Assembly: GCF_000315625.1 (NCBI RefSeq)
Contig: NW_005434611.1
Location: 382,046 to 424,523 of the forward strand
Origin: Guillardia theta CCMP2712
Lineage: Eukaryota > Protista > Cryptophyta
Length of the DNA stretch: 42,478 nt
Direction: 5' to 3'
Each line of letters starts with the position of its first letter. Position 1 is the first letter of the stretch. The position numbers and the translations under genes were made by a program. Under the pieces are notes generated by a model. That model was not told the origin of the DNA. It made no database searches and was given only the letters and a program-made list of their open reading frames with translations. Below, piece by piece: positions 1 to 11,231 of the stretch.

Positions 1-199
1 CTCCCCTCCCGACTTCCGCCTCGCCCTCCCTCTCCCCTACTCCCTCCTCGACTCCCCCCTCCCTCCTCCCTCCTCCCCTCCCCTCCCCCTCCCCTCCCCT
101 CCCCTCCCCTCCCCTCCCCTCCCCTCCCCTCCCCTCCTCTCTCTTCCTCTTCCATCTTCGCTCTCCTTGCCTCGTCCTCATGTCATCACCACCAGCAGC

Positions 200-1596
200 A
201 ACTCACCGTCCCATCCTCATCCGGGTGCCAACGGACGCAAATCACTTTAGCCTGCAGCCCTCGCCACAGCAGCTGACAATCGTGCGGCTCCCTGCTGTTG
301 GTCTGCCACGTCCGGATCGTCTGCTCGCGGCATGTCAGAGCCTCGACCCCTCCCTCCTCCTCCCCTCGCCTGGTCCCCCACTGCCAGCACGACCCTGGCG
401 GGGTCGGAGGGGCAGCGGTCGATGTCGTAGACGTACCTGGAGGGCGTCAGAGGGAGGGAGGAGGAGGAGGGTTAGCAGACCCGCCAAGGCAAGGGAGCAG
501 CCAGCGGCAGGTGAGACTGTCCTGCATGTCCCAAAGGGCGATGGTTCTGTCCATAGAGACGCAGACCATCTTGAGCTTCTCCTCCTCGTCCCCTGCGAGT
601 CTTCCCAAGGCAAAAGAGAAGACGGAACGGGAAGGAAGCTGCTTCCCCGTCCCCTTCTGCGCTCGTTTGCTCTTCACATTCCACCACCACACGTCCCCGT
701 TGCTTCCTCCTGATATCAGACTGTCCTTCTCCTGCGGATGCCACTTTGCACGCCAGCCATCCTCTGTTCTTCGCTTCACCAGGTGCTGCCTTGGGCTTGA
801 GGACCTGCTGCTTCCTCCTCCTCCTCCTCCTCCTCCTCCTCCTCCTCCTCCTCCTCCTCCTCTCGCTCCCTCCCTCCCTCCCTCCCTCCCTTACTTGCTT
901 GCTTGTCCCTACTCGCGCATTCCACACACGAATCGTCCTGTCACGCCCTGCACTGGCAAGTTCAGGCAGCTCCTCATGATCTGTACCTGATGGCTGGGCC
1001 TGAGCTGCTGCTGCTGCTGGAGGAGGAGGAGCCCAATCAAGGGACTGAACGTCACCATCATGACCGACGAGCTTGTGTAGGATGGAGATAGTGGTCACGT
1101 CCAGGAGGAGGATGACTCCGTTCGCATACCCCACGGCTGCTGTCCTCGCTCCCGTGCTCGCCATACAGGTCGCCGGCATCTTCATCGGACATGCCGAGCG
1201 AGAGGAGCTGCTGGCAAAGTCCCAGGCGACGAGGACACCACCCTTGTCGACCGAGAGGATGAGAGGACCCATGGCAGCAGAGGAAGCGACCGCGACTACC
1301 TCGAGCTGGTGCTGGTCCCTCAAGCAGCTCATGCAGGAGGAGCTTTCGCTGTCCCATGCTCGCACAGTCTTGTCCGCGCTCCCCGTCACGCACACATGGA
1401 GCCATGGCGGGGAGCGCACGAAGGTGAGGGTGGTGACCCGGTCGTCATGCCCCAGCAGCTCTCCCACGATCCTCCTCGTGCTGGGGTCCAGGAATCGAAC
1501 TGCGCTCTTAGCTGCATAGGCCACGAGGCCGCCGGCCGACCAGTCGCAGCAGGAGGAGGAATACCAGTTAGGCGACGGAGGAAGCTGCCGCGACAT
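200..1596 (-). CDS. GEMIN5: Gemin5-like WD40-repeat protein (5' part, multi-exon; continues past window start)
   Basis: N-terminus MSRQLPPSPNWY resembles the Gemin5 start motif LPPSPNWY. WD40 repeats (GHDDRVTTL...TGSADKTVRAWD; GHDGDVQSLDW...ASAGRDRTIRVWN). Later exons give SMDRTIALWD...WLLPCLGG and VICVRWHPDEDG. Introns are filled with (GGAG)n/(GAG)n. Confidence 0.8.
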
Positions 1597-1761
1597 GGCA
1601 GACTCTTACTAGGAAAAGAATCAGTTCCTGACAAGCTCCTTCCCCTCCCCTCCCCTTCCCCTCCTCCCCTTGTCCGTCCCTCCTCTCCCTCGCTTCCCTC
1701 GCTTCCTCTCCCCGTCTCCCCGCTCGTCCCCCCCCCCCCCCTCCTCCTCCTCGTCCTCCCG

Positions 1762-2189
1762 NNNNNNNNNNNNNNNNNNNNNNNNNNNNNNNNNNNNNNN
1801 NNNNNNNNNNNNNNNNNNNNNNNNNNNNNNNNNNNNNNNNNNNNNNNNNNNNNNNNNNNNNNNNNNNNNNNNNNNNNNNNNNNNNNNNNNNNNNNNNNNN
1901 NNNNNNNNNNNNNNNNNNNNNNNNNNNNNNNNNNNNNNNNNNNNNNNNNNNNNNNNNNNNNNNNNNNNNNNNNNNNNNNNNNNNNNNNNNNNNNNNNNNN
2001 NNNNNNNNNNNNNNNNNNNNNNNNNNNNNNNNNNNNNNNNNNNNNNNNNNNNNNNNNNNNNNNNNNNNNNNNNNNNNNNNNNNNNNNNNNNNNNNNNNNN
2101 NNNNNNNNNNNNNNNNNNNNNNNNNNNNNNNNNNNNNNNNNNNNNNNNNNNNNNNNNNNNNNNNNNNNNNNNNNNNNNNNNNNNNNNNN
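1762..2189. other. Assembly gap (N run)
   Basis: Run of N characters. Confidence 1.
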
Positions 2190-2499
2190 ACGATGGTGAT
2201 GATGATGATGATGATGATGATGATGACGACGACGACGATGGTGACGATGGTGCTGGTGGTGGTGATGATGATCATAGTGTTGATGATGACGATGGTGACA
2301 ATGGTGATGTGCTGGTGGTGGTGACGACGACGATGACAACTACGACGACACCGACAACGATGGAAATTAGGATGGAAATGATTGAGATAATCATCATTAT
2401 GTTGATAATGCTGCTGGTGGTGACAATCTTGGTGACAATGATGACGATGAGGAGGAGGAGGAGGAGGAGGAGGAGGAGGAGGAGGAGGAGGAGGAGGAG
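2190..2499. repeat. Imperfect (GAT/GAC/GGT)n followed by (GAG)n microsatellite, probably intronic
   Basis: Trinucleotide runs read directly, lying just upstream of the first visible Trm10 exon. Confidence 0.85.
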
Positions 2500-2518
2500 T
2501 GGCTGATCTGAAGTGTAG

Positions 2519-3889
2519 GGACCAGTGGAGAGAAAACCGGGAGAAGGAGAAGGAGAAGGAGAAGGATCAAATCAGGTGTAGAAACTGCCGCGAGGGAGAG
2601 GAAGTGATACAAGATGATACAGAACCAAGTTAGAGAATGCGCTACACAATGAGGAGCTGACCATTGCGGTGGACCTTTCCTTCGGGGAGGGAGATTACGA
2701 TAGGTGAGGAGCATGAAGGGAGGGGTGCAAGGGAGGTGGCTGGGGAGGGGAGAGGAGGAAGAGAAGGAGCTGTGCTTGACTTGTAGCGGTAGAGGACGTT
2801 CGAGCCTTTCAAAGCAGCTCTGCTACTGCTACAGCTACATGAAGGACTATGAGAAGCCTCCCAGCTTCCACCTCACCTCATACACTGGTTGCCTCCTCCT
2901 CCTCCTCCTCCTCCTGCTCCTTCTCCTCCTTCTCTCCCTCGCATCGCCACGTCATTTCGCTGAAACTGCAGCACAGCTGAGGTGCAACAGCATCTCTCCA
3001 AGCGAGGCAGCGACAAATGGATCATTCACCGACATCAAGAGGTTGGAAGTTTAAGAATCACTCTCCTCCTCCTCCTCCTCGGAGGGAGGGAGGAAGGGAG
3101 GGACGGAGGGACGGAGCCTGGAACCTTCCCTCCCTCCCTCCCTCCCTCCCTCCCTCGAAGCTTCTCGTCTCCTCTTCTTTCTCACTGGACCTCAGGACAT
3201 CCGAACTGTCTTCAAAGATCGCCTGCAGGACCTCATCTTCCTCTCTCCGGACTCCCCTAACGTCCTTGAAACCATTGAGCCGGGCAAGGTCAGCGCTCAA
3301 CCTACCTCTCTCTTCCTCTTCCAAAACCACCACCGCCACCTCCTCGTCCTCGTCCTGCCGCTCTCGCTTGACTTCCTTTCACCCTAGCACCTCACGCTTT
3401 ATCGCAGATCTACGTCATCGGGGGGATCGTGGATCGAACGGTGCAGAAAGGCATGTCGCTGACGAAGTGGGAGAAGCAAGCCACAGCGAGCGGAGAGGTG
3501 AAGCGAGCTGGAGATGAAGTCATTCGATCAGCCCGGCTGCCTATCAACGAGTATGTCTCGCGAGATGTGCAGGTGCTGTGACTGTCCTTCCCTCTCTTCT
3601 CTTTCCCTTCGCTTCTCGACCTCTCCCTCCTTGCCCTCCTTCTTCCTTGTCTGACCTCCTCCTAGGGCCGCGGACACGTTCTCAACATCAACGTCGTCTT
3701 CCATGTGCTGGTGGAATTCACAAGGACGCGAGACTGGAAGCAAACGCTCACGGAGGCGTTCGATAAACTTTATCCCATCCGGTGAGTGAGCAGGACGAGG
3801 CAGCAGCAGCTGACTTGACCTCCAGTACTGCGAGGAGCAAGAGGGAGAAATCTTCACCATCGTCCACGACCGACACCAGCGTTCTGTAG
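2519..3889 (+). CDS. TRM10: Trm10-family tRNA (guanine-9-N1) methyltransferase, multi-exon; 5' end probably in the gap
   Basis: Stitching GT-AG exons gives LTIAVDLSF...RSSLSKQLCYCYS...FHLTSY, KRGSDKWIIHRH, DLIFLSPDSPNVLETIEPGK, IYVIGGIVDRTVQKGMSL, SARLPINEYV and VLNINVVFHVL...DWKQTL, the Trm10 SPOUT motifs in the correct order. Stop TAG at 3887-3889. Confidence 0.88.
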
Positions 3890-4162
3890 AGCCAGCGATT
3901 AGCGTCATGCTGTCTTCCTGCCCACAACTTACAAACACGTCGCGGTCGATGCCCCAGTCCTGCGTCATGTGAATCAGGAATGGAAGAGAAAGAACATGAG
4001 GGAGAGGCAGCAAGTGGTGATGAGAGCCTAGTGATGTGATAGACAGGAAGCGAGGAATGCAACTTCAAGCCTGACGATGAGAAGGCGAGATGAGCAGGAG
4101 AAGAAGATCAGTGGGGGAAGGAGAGGAGCGAGAGAATGAAGAGAGGAGAAGGAGATAATTTT

Positions 4163-5082
4163 TCAGACCTCCCAAGCGGTTGAGATCGCGAGACCTTCAA
4201 GCCTATCAAGATCAATCTTTCCAGCCTGCCATTTGAGTCACTCGTCGCTCGCTCGTCCTCTCCACTCACGTCGAGGTCGTCGACGACCATGTCAGCTTCC
4301 GAGAAATCTTCATTGCGCGTGTAGGTCGACTTGGTGATGAGGCAGGACATGTCGGCAGCCTTGGCAGCCTCAAGCCCAATCCTGCTGTCCTCGATCACCA
4401 CACTGTCCTCGGGTCGCACGCGGAAGAAGTTCTTGGCAAGGTTGTAGATGTCCGGAGAAGGCTTCTTGCGTGGGACGCAGTCGCCAGCGAAGATAGAGAT
4501 CTCCTTGGCGCGGTCAGGGCCCATCATGTCGACGATCTGCTGCACAGCCTTCTCGTTGGAGGTCGAGCAAACCCCGATGTACACCCCCGCAGCCAGCGCC
4601 TCGTCGACGATGCGCGTCACACCAGGGCGAAGGGGAATCTTACCTGCCGCGATGAGCTCCTTGAAGATCTGCGTCTTCCTCTCGTGCAGCATCTTGGCCA
4701 ACTCCCAGTTCCCCTCCTGGAAGCCGATCGACTCCCAGTATCCCATCATCCTCTCCTTTCCTCCTCCGATCTCCACCAGCTTGCCGTACAGCTCTTCATC
4801 CCATTGCATGAGCTTGTCGCCATTCTTGAGACCCGCTTCTTCGAAGGCCAAGTTAAAGGCGATGCGATGACCGTCTCTCTCTGTGTCTGCCAGCACTCCG
4901 TCGCAGTCGAAGAACACGGCCTCAAGCTTCGCCTTGAGACCCGTCGCCTTCATGCTATGAGAGCGAGCTACTCTACCATGATGGGCTCTGAGAGGAGCTG
5001 AAGGAAGAAACCCGAGCGCACATGGAAATTCAGACGCGAGGGCACCGAATAGGAAGATGGCGAGAGGCGTGCAGGACCGCAT
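4163..5082 (-). CDS. cbbY: CbbY-like HAD-superfamily phosphatase with bipartite plastid-targeting leader
   Basis: Motif I FFDCDGVLADTERDGHRIAFN, GGGKERM, CSTSN, KKPSPDIY, VIEDS.IGL.AA. Hydrophobic signal then ALG|FLPSAP. One short intron near the 3' end gives AGKIDLDRLEGLAISTAWEV*. Confidence 0.9.
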
Positions 5083-5588
5083 GTCCAGCCTGTGAACGGT
5101 GGAGCGTAAGTTCGAACCCCAACTTCAACAGATGAACTTTGAGCCTGCTCCGCTCCTATCACCTTCGCTGTCATGCTTACTCTCTGTTCTTCTTAGGACA
5201 TTTCATACCTTCCCTCTTTCGCAAGACAACATAGCATGTCTGCTTGGCTGTGGCCTTGCCCCCTTTGACTTTGCTTTTCATTCCTCAACACTGACATGTC
5301 TGTTCCTGGCCTCTTATTTCTTCGTCCTCTTCTCCCATGATATAGCATACACGTGCTTCATATTCTGGTGCTGTCTGTATGTTCACACGCTTTCATCACT
5401 CTCTGATCCTCCTCCTCCCTCCTCCTCCTCCCCCTCTCTCCTTCATTCCCGACATTCAAGCGTCACGTGCCCTGCAACAGACCACGTGACATATCACATG
5501 CCGTAAAGTCACATGACCTCAACTTGCCTCCGGATGCAAAGGTGGACATTGTCCTACGAAGATTTTGATTTGTTTGACAAGCTTGGTC

Positions 5589-8521
5589 ATGGCAGCGACG
5601 AGGGTGCTGGTGCTGCTGCTGCTGCTCATGGCGGGGCCGCGAGGTCATGGCGGCGACGTGACTGAGCTGACGAGATCATGGGCCGAACAAGATGCGCTGG
5701 CCATGGCAGAGGAAGCGAAGGTGGCGGGGCCTGCAGATACGACTGAAGCTGACGCATGCTTGACAAGGGAGCAGGAAATCAGAGGGCATCGGGGACTCTC
5801 TTGCTGACGATGCTGATCAAGAACGAAGAGTTTCACCTACAGCGATCGCTTCCTCTATGGGCTCCCATCATCGACTTCTGGGTGATCGGGATAGGTGCAA
5901 CCGATGCTCTCCTCCGCTACGTGAGGGTGAGCTGACTTGAACACAGACAAGAACAACACGGACCGCAGCGACGTCATCGTCCACCACCATCTTAGTCACG
6001 TTCCTGGTGAGCTCATTGTCGTCGACTTCGATGGCATGGGCCCTACCTGGACCAAGGCATGCTCCCTCCTCCTCTGGCGCGATTGACCTGCCGCCCAGCT
6101 GGTGGAGCACGGGCTCAAGACCTTTCCTCAAGCAACGCACGGGATCCTCGCAGACGCTGACTTCACTCCTCTCCCTCAGACCCTCGACAAGGCCCAGCTC
6201 GACTCCTCCTGCTCCAAGCTGAGCTTCTCCATCCTAGAGGCTGACGGAGCGGGTGGGAGAGGCTGGGACAAGCAGGTTCTAACCGCATGTAGGCACGAGA
6301 GCCATCGACTGGATCTACAGGAACATCCCAGGGGTGCGAGTAGCTCGACGAACCCATCAAGTGCTGCTCCTCCCAAGATGATGATGAGATGATGATGATG
6401 ATGATGATGACGATGACGATGATGATGACGATGACGATGACGATGTGGTAATGGTGGTGATGATCATGAGCATGATGATGGTGGTAGTGAAGAGGTCGGG
6501 GAGCATCTCAATGACTCAACAGATTCTTCTTGTTCCAGCGCTTCCAAATCAGCAGCAATATCAGGTGACATGAATGATGCGACTGCGGAGATGATGAAGA
6601 TGCAGAGGCAAATCAGCTTCACTGTTCAAGAGTTTGCCGACGGCTATCAGGCGAGAGCAGCAGCTTGTCAAGGGTAGTGACGTCAGGTGCAGGACAGAGC
6701 GGGGAACAAGTCAGGGCGATACATCGAGTGGCTGCTCAAGGACCTGGAGGTTTTTGTTCGGTCGCTGTCAACCCTCAGCTCACGCCGCTCTCGACCTGCA
6801 GGAGCTGCCGGGAGACGCGAGGACGATCCACTACCTGGGGAAGGAGCACCTGAACCTGATAGGCGACTGCCCTCCTCCCTCCCTCCCCTAGTGATCCTCC
6901 AGCAGGACGCGACCCCGTCAAGGACCTCCGCAGCAACCCTCCTGGTCTGTCGCTCTAGAGCTCTCAAGGTGACTCATCCCCGCGCAGGGCCGGGAGCTTG
7001 GCATGTGCGTCAGTCATTGTACTACTACAAGTGGGTTGGGCAGAGAGGAGGAGGAAGAGGAAAGTGAGGAAGCTGATTGTGAGAGCTGGACAGGTGGCGG
7101 TCAAGGATTGGTAGAGAAGCGCCTCATCTCGCTTCTTGTAAGTTGGGATACTGCAGAACTTCCAGGCTTCGGTCCTGGACAGAACCTTGACGAGGAAAGG
7201 TGAGGAGAAGGAGAAGTAAAGTATTGTATGAGAAGGAAAGCAACTGAGTTTTCTATGGAGATACTGGGCGATGCTAAAGACTGCAGAGATCTGCGAAAGA
7301 TACTTGTTCGATTTTGATTGCGCACTGAAGTATTGGCACAAGGTGAGATCGAACGCAATAGCGTGGAGGAAGAAAGAAGGCGAAGGAGGGAGGGAGGAAG
7401 GAGGGAGCCGAAGGAAGACGGAAGGAGGAGGAGGAGGAGGAGGGAGGAAGGAGGAGGTGGTGGTGGAGGAGGAAGAGGTAACGCATTGATGTCGGTTGCC
7501 TTCAGGCTTGGGATCTTGATCCTCCTCGAGCAGACGCTGTCTTTTACATCGGTCAACATTACCGGCTGCAGCGAGACGGAGGGAGAGCCGTCAAGTACTT
7601 GAGAAAGACCATCAAGCTCCTCATGCCCAGGTTCCCCCCTCTTCCTCCCTGACGCTCCTTACCCGATCAGACGAGCGCATCACCAGTGGCCCTACCTCTA
7701 CTCCTGCCTCCGCCACCTCGAGCTCGTGCGAGCTGCGTCCTCCCTCACCCGGTACGACCTCCGTTCCCTCCGCTCCCCTCCCCCTCCTGTCTCTGTCTCC
7801 CTCCTTCCGTCTGACGAGCGTGCAGTGACTCTCATCTCTCCTCCAAGGCCTTTAGAGACGTTCAAGCCTCCTACTACGAGGCTCTGGTACCCCGAGATGC
7901 CTCCTCCTGCTCCTCCTTCTGCTCCTCCTCCTCCTCCTCCTCCTGCTCCTCCTCCTGCTCCTCCTCCTCCTGTTGTTCCCCTTCTCTCACCATCCTCCCA
8001 GCGACATTGCCCGGATGAAGATAAGGCAGGGCTCGAAGTTTTGTTCGCTCAAGTAAGTCCAGCATATGTGCCCTGACTCCTCCCCTCTCCTCCTTCTCCT
8101 CTCCCCTCTTCTCCTCTCCCCTCCTTCTCCTCTCCCCCCCTTGCGCTTCTCTTCTGACTCTGACAACTTCAAAAGGCCACAGATCGACGATTGAGAAGCA
8201 AACAGCGCAGGGATGCAAACAAGGAAAAGCCTCCTGCCTCCCCCCCTCCCCCTCCGCCTCCGCCTCCGCCTCCGCCCTCCCCCCCGCCCTCATCGTCCCG
8301 GACGATGGAGTTGTGATGAAGGCAAGGAGAAGAGAAGGACACGAGAGGATGCGATGAGTCTGTTCCACATGACCTCTTCTGTTCATGGACGAGGAGAAGA
8401 GATACGTGAGCTGCTGTCCGTCTCATTTCAGTTGGAAAGGTTCGGCGGGAGCTGCGCGGATAAGTTGGGGGAATCGCTTGCTCGCTCCTACGCCATCCGT
8501 GAATGGAAGAGGAGCAGATGA
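5589..8521 (+). CDS. Secretory-pathway GT2-like glycosyltransferase with TPR-like C-terminal region, multi-exon
   Basis: Signal peptide MAATRVLVLLLLLMAG. Exons read NEEFHLQRSLPLWAPIIDFWVIGI, DKNNTDRS, HGILADAD (DxD), RYIEWLLKDL, DARTIHYLGKEH and AWDLDPPRADAVFYIGQHYR, which follows the GT2+TPR pattern. 3' end approximate. Confidence 0.6.
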
Positions 8522-8849
8522 AGAAAAAGGGAGGGGAGGGAGAAGAGGAGGGAGCGGAGGAGACGGGGTGAGAGGGAGGGAAGAGAGCAGAACGAGAGCG
8601 GGTGAGGGGAGGAGAGGAAGAGAGGAAATACTCGATTCGCAAACAAGCTTTGGGCTTCTTCGATCTCATTGTCTGATACAAGAAAACAATCAAGACAAAA
8701 CAGAGAACCAAGCTTTCATAAGCACAAGAGCTTCAACTAACACAAGCTCACCTGACTTGTCTGGGATGCTGTCGAAGTGAATCTTTCCTGTGAGTTGCAA
8801 CCTGATCGCGAGGTCACTCCCCTCAGACCCCTCAGACCCCGCGAGCTCT

Positions 8850-10555
8850 TCACATCTCAGCCATGACGGTGTTGGGGTACAAGGCGACCAGCTCGTCCAC
8901 CACCTCTTCCGCAACTTCTTCGTCCTGCGGTTAGGGGGGGCTCACTTGCTCGTCTCTCCTCCTCCTCCTCCTCCTCCTCCTCCTCCTCCTCACCGTCATC
9001 AGCTCCTCGTCTTCGTAGTCCACGTGCACACTTCTCGTCTGCTCCTGTGGCAGCTTTGCCTGTTCCTCCACCTCAGCCGTGCCAGCGCATCTCGTCGCTC
9101 ACCCAGACAGGACCGAAGTGAGCGAGTCGTCGCGCTCGTTCCCGCAGGTACACCTCCTCGCTAGTCCTACACAGCCTTCACCTCCTGCCCACACGCCTCG
9201 GCCCTGACCTCTTCCTCTCGCACCCGCACCCCGACAGCCGGTAAGCGCCCCAGGCGAGCACGACCTGCGGTGAGGGTGAGAGGGGAGGGGAGACAGCGGA
9301 TGAGAGAACCTGGCCGGTGAGCATCAGGAGCGAGGAAGCGTTGAAGTAGATCCTGGGACTCTGAACCTGCAGGTACCGTCAACCCCCAAAATCAGGAGAG
9401 CAGAAGAAGGAAAGCAGGGAGGTGGAGGGAACAGGAGGTGGTCGAGGAGGAGGAGGAGATCTGACCTTGGCTCCTGGCGGCCACTTGTCTACAGAGGTGT
9501 TGACCATCACCAGGTAGATAAAGTCCGTGACGATGCCGAAGGCCTTCACTGAGCATGAGAGAAGAGGAGAAGAGAGGACAGGACAGGACAGGACAGGACA
9601 GGACAGGACAGGATAGGACAGGACAGGACAGGACAGGACAGGACAGGACAGGACAGGACAGGACAGGACAGGACAGGAGAGTAGCGACCTGGAAGGAGAA
9701 ATGAAGCCTCTTGTCGCAGCTACAAGGTCCAATTATGTTTGACAGCAGCAGAACAATCTGATGCAGCTCGATAAGACGAGAAACACGAGAGGGACAAGGT
9801 CAAGAAAGGGGAAGAGGAGGAGAGGAGAGGAGAGGAGGAGAGGAGGAGGAGAGGAGGAGGAGGAGAGGAGGAGGAGAAGAGGAGGCGGAGAAGAGGAGGA
9901 GAAGAGGAGGAGGACGAGGGATACCTGGAGGCATGTTAGCAGCCAAAAACTGATGAGGTAGTACTCCGGCGGTCCGTCCAGCAAAACTCTGAAGCAGCGG
10001 GAGAAAAATGAGTGGAGAAGTAAAAGAATGGGAGAGAGGATGAGGAGGAGGGAGGGAGGAGGGAAGCGATCGAGGAAGGAAAGAGGCAGGAGGAAGAGGT
10101 CGAGGGGGAGCAGAGAATCGGTGAAGAGGAAACGCAATGACATGAGGTCGTGGGTGAGGAGAGAATGGATATTCCCGAGAATCAAGAGAGAAATAAGAAG
10201 AGATGAGATAGCAAGCAGGTGAGATATGGGATAGCAGTGATAGCAGTGATAGCAGTGATTATGTGAGATGAGATGAGATGCGATAATGTGCATGCGATGT
10301 AATGTGATATGTAGTAAATCACATCATACACTCTTACGTATGCCCTCCCGCACTAACAGGAACTGAGTTCGGACCAAACTTTGTTCCATGGATCGCGATG
10401 AAGACAACTCCGAGAATGCTGCCGGTCAGAGGAAACAAGTACCCCACAATGATGTACACAGCTGCGGCAAACATGAGGAAGGAAAGCAATGGCTCGAGCT
10501 CGAGGTTACCCTGCTGTCTCCTGGTGAACTGACTGTTGCGATCTCTCGGTCGCAT
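8850..10555 (-). CDS. Hypothetical multi-pass membrane protein, multi-exon
   Basis: Hydrophobic exons (LLSFLMFAAAVYIIVGYLFPLTGSILGVVFIAI; PEYYLISFWLLTCLQ; AFGIVTDFIYLVMV) are separated by microsatellite introns. Final exons read EEVYLRERARRLAHFGPVW...DELVALYPNTVMAEM*. Confidence 0.55.
9576..9677. repeat. (GGACA)n pentanucleotide microsatellite
   Basis: About 20 tandem GGACA units. Confidence 0.95.
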
Positions 10556-11231
10556 CGTCTTCTCAGCCTTTTCCTTGTTCTTCTTGTTCTTCTCCTTCTT
10601 CTTGTTCTTGTTCTTCTTGTTCTTGTTCTTGTTCTTGTTCTTGTTGTTGCTCCTCTCTCGCTCTGATCGCTCGCCTAGTTGTTGTTGCGCTTCCTCCTCG
10701 AGTGAGTCGGTCGATCAACCTCACATGACACCACTGCAAGCTGACATGCAGCAGGTGGACGGAAAGCGCAAGCAGCGACAGGTAGCGGGGGAGTGGGAGG
10801 GATGGAAGAGGTGGGAGGGAGAGGGAGGAGGAGGGAGTCTAACGACTGCGGCTGCGCTGGGGCAGTGGGGGGAAGGGCGGGGGCAGGCGACGACAGCAGC
10901 GGGTGCGAGGTGGGCGAGGAGGGGGGAGGGCGAAATGGGGGAGGAAAAAGAGGCGGGTGAACAAGGCGGGTAATGGACGGCAGAATATAGCAGCAGCGAG
11001 TGAGGGGGGAGGCAGGGAGGGAGGGAAGCAGCGAGGGAGGGAGGGAGGGAGGGAGGGAGGGAGGGAGGGAGGGGAGGGAGGCGGAGGGAGGGAGGGAGGG
11101 AGGGAGGCGGAGGGAGGGGAGGGAGGCGGAGGGAGGGAGGGAGGGGAGGGAGGCGGAGGGGAGGGAGGGAGCGAGGAGATTCAAAGAGTGGGAGGGGAGG
11201 AGGGAAGAGGTGCAAGGTTGTTTCATTATTT

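Noticed and set aside
1309-2506. ORFs spanning the N gap and poly-D/H/I translations
   Set aside because: Artefacts of N runs and microsatellites.
3058-4068. Minus-strand ORFs as a gene
   Set aside because: They are antisense to Trm10 exons recognised on the + strand.
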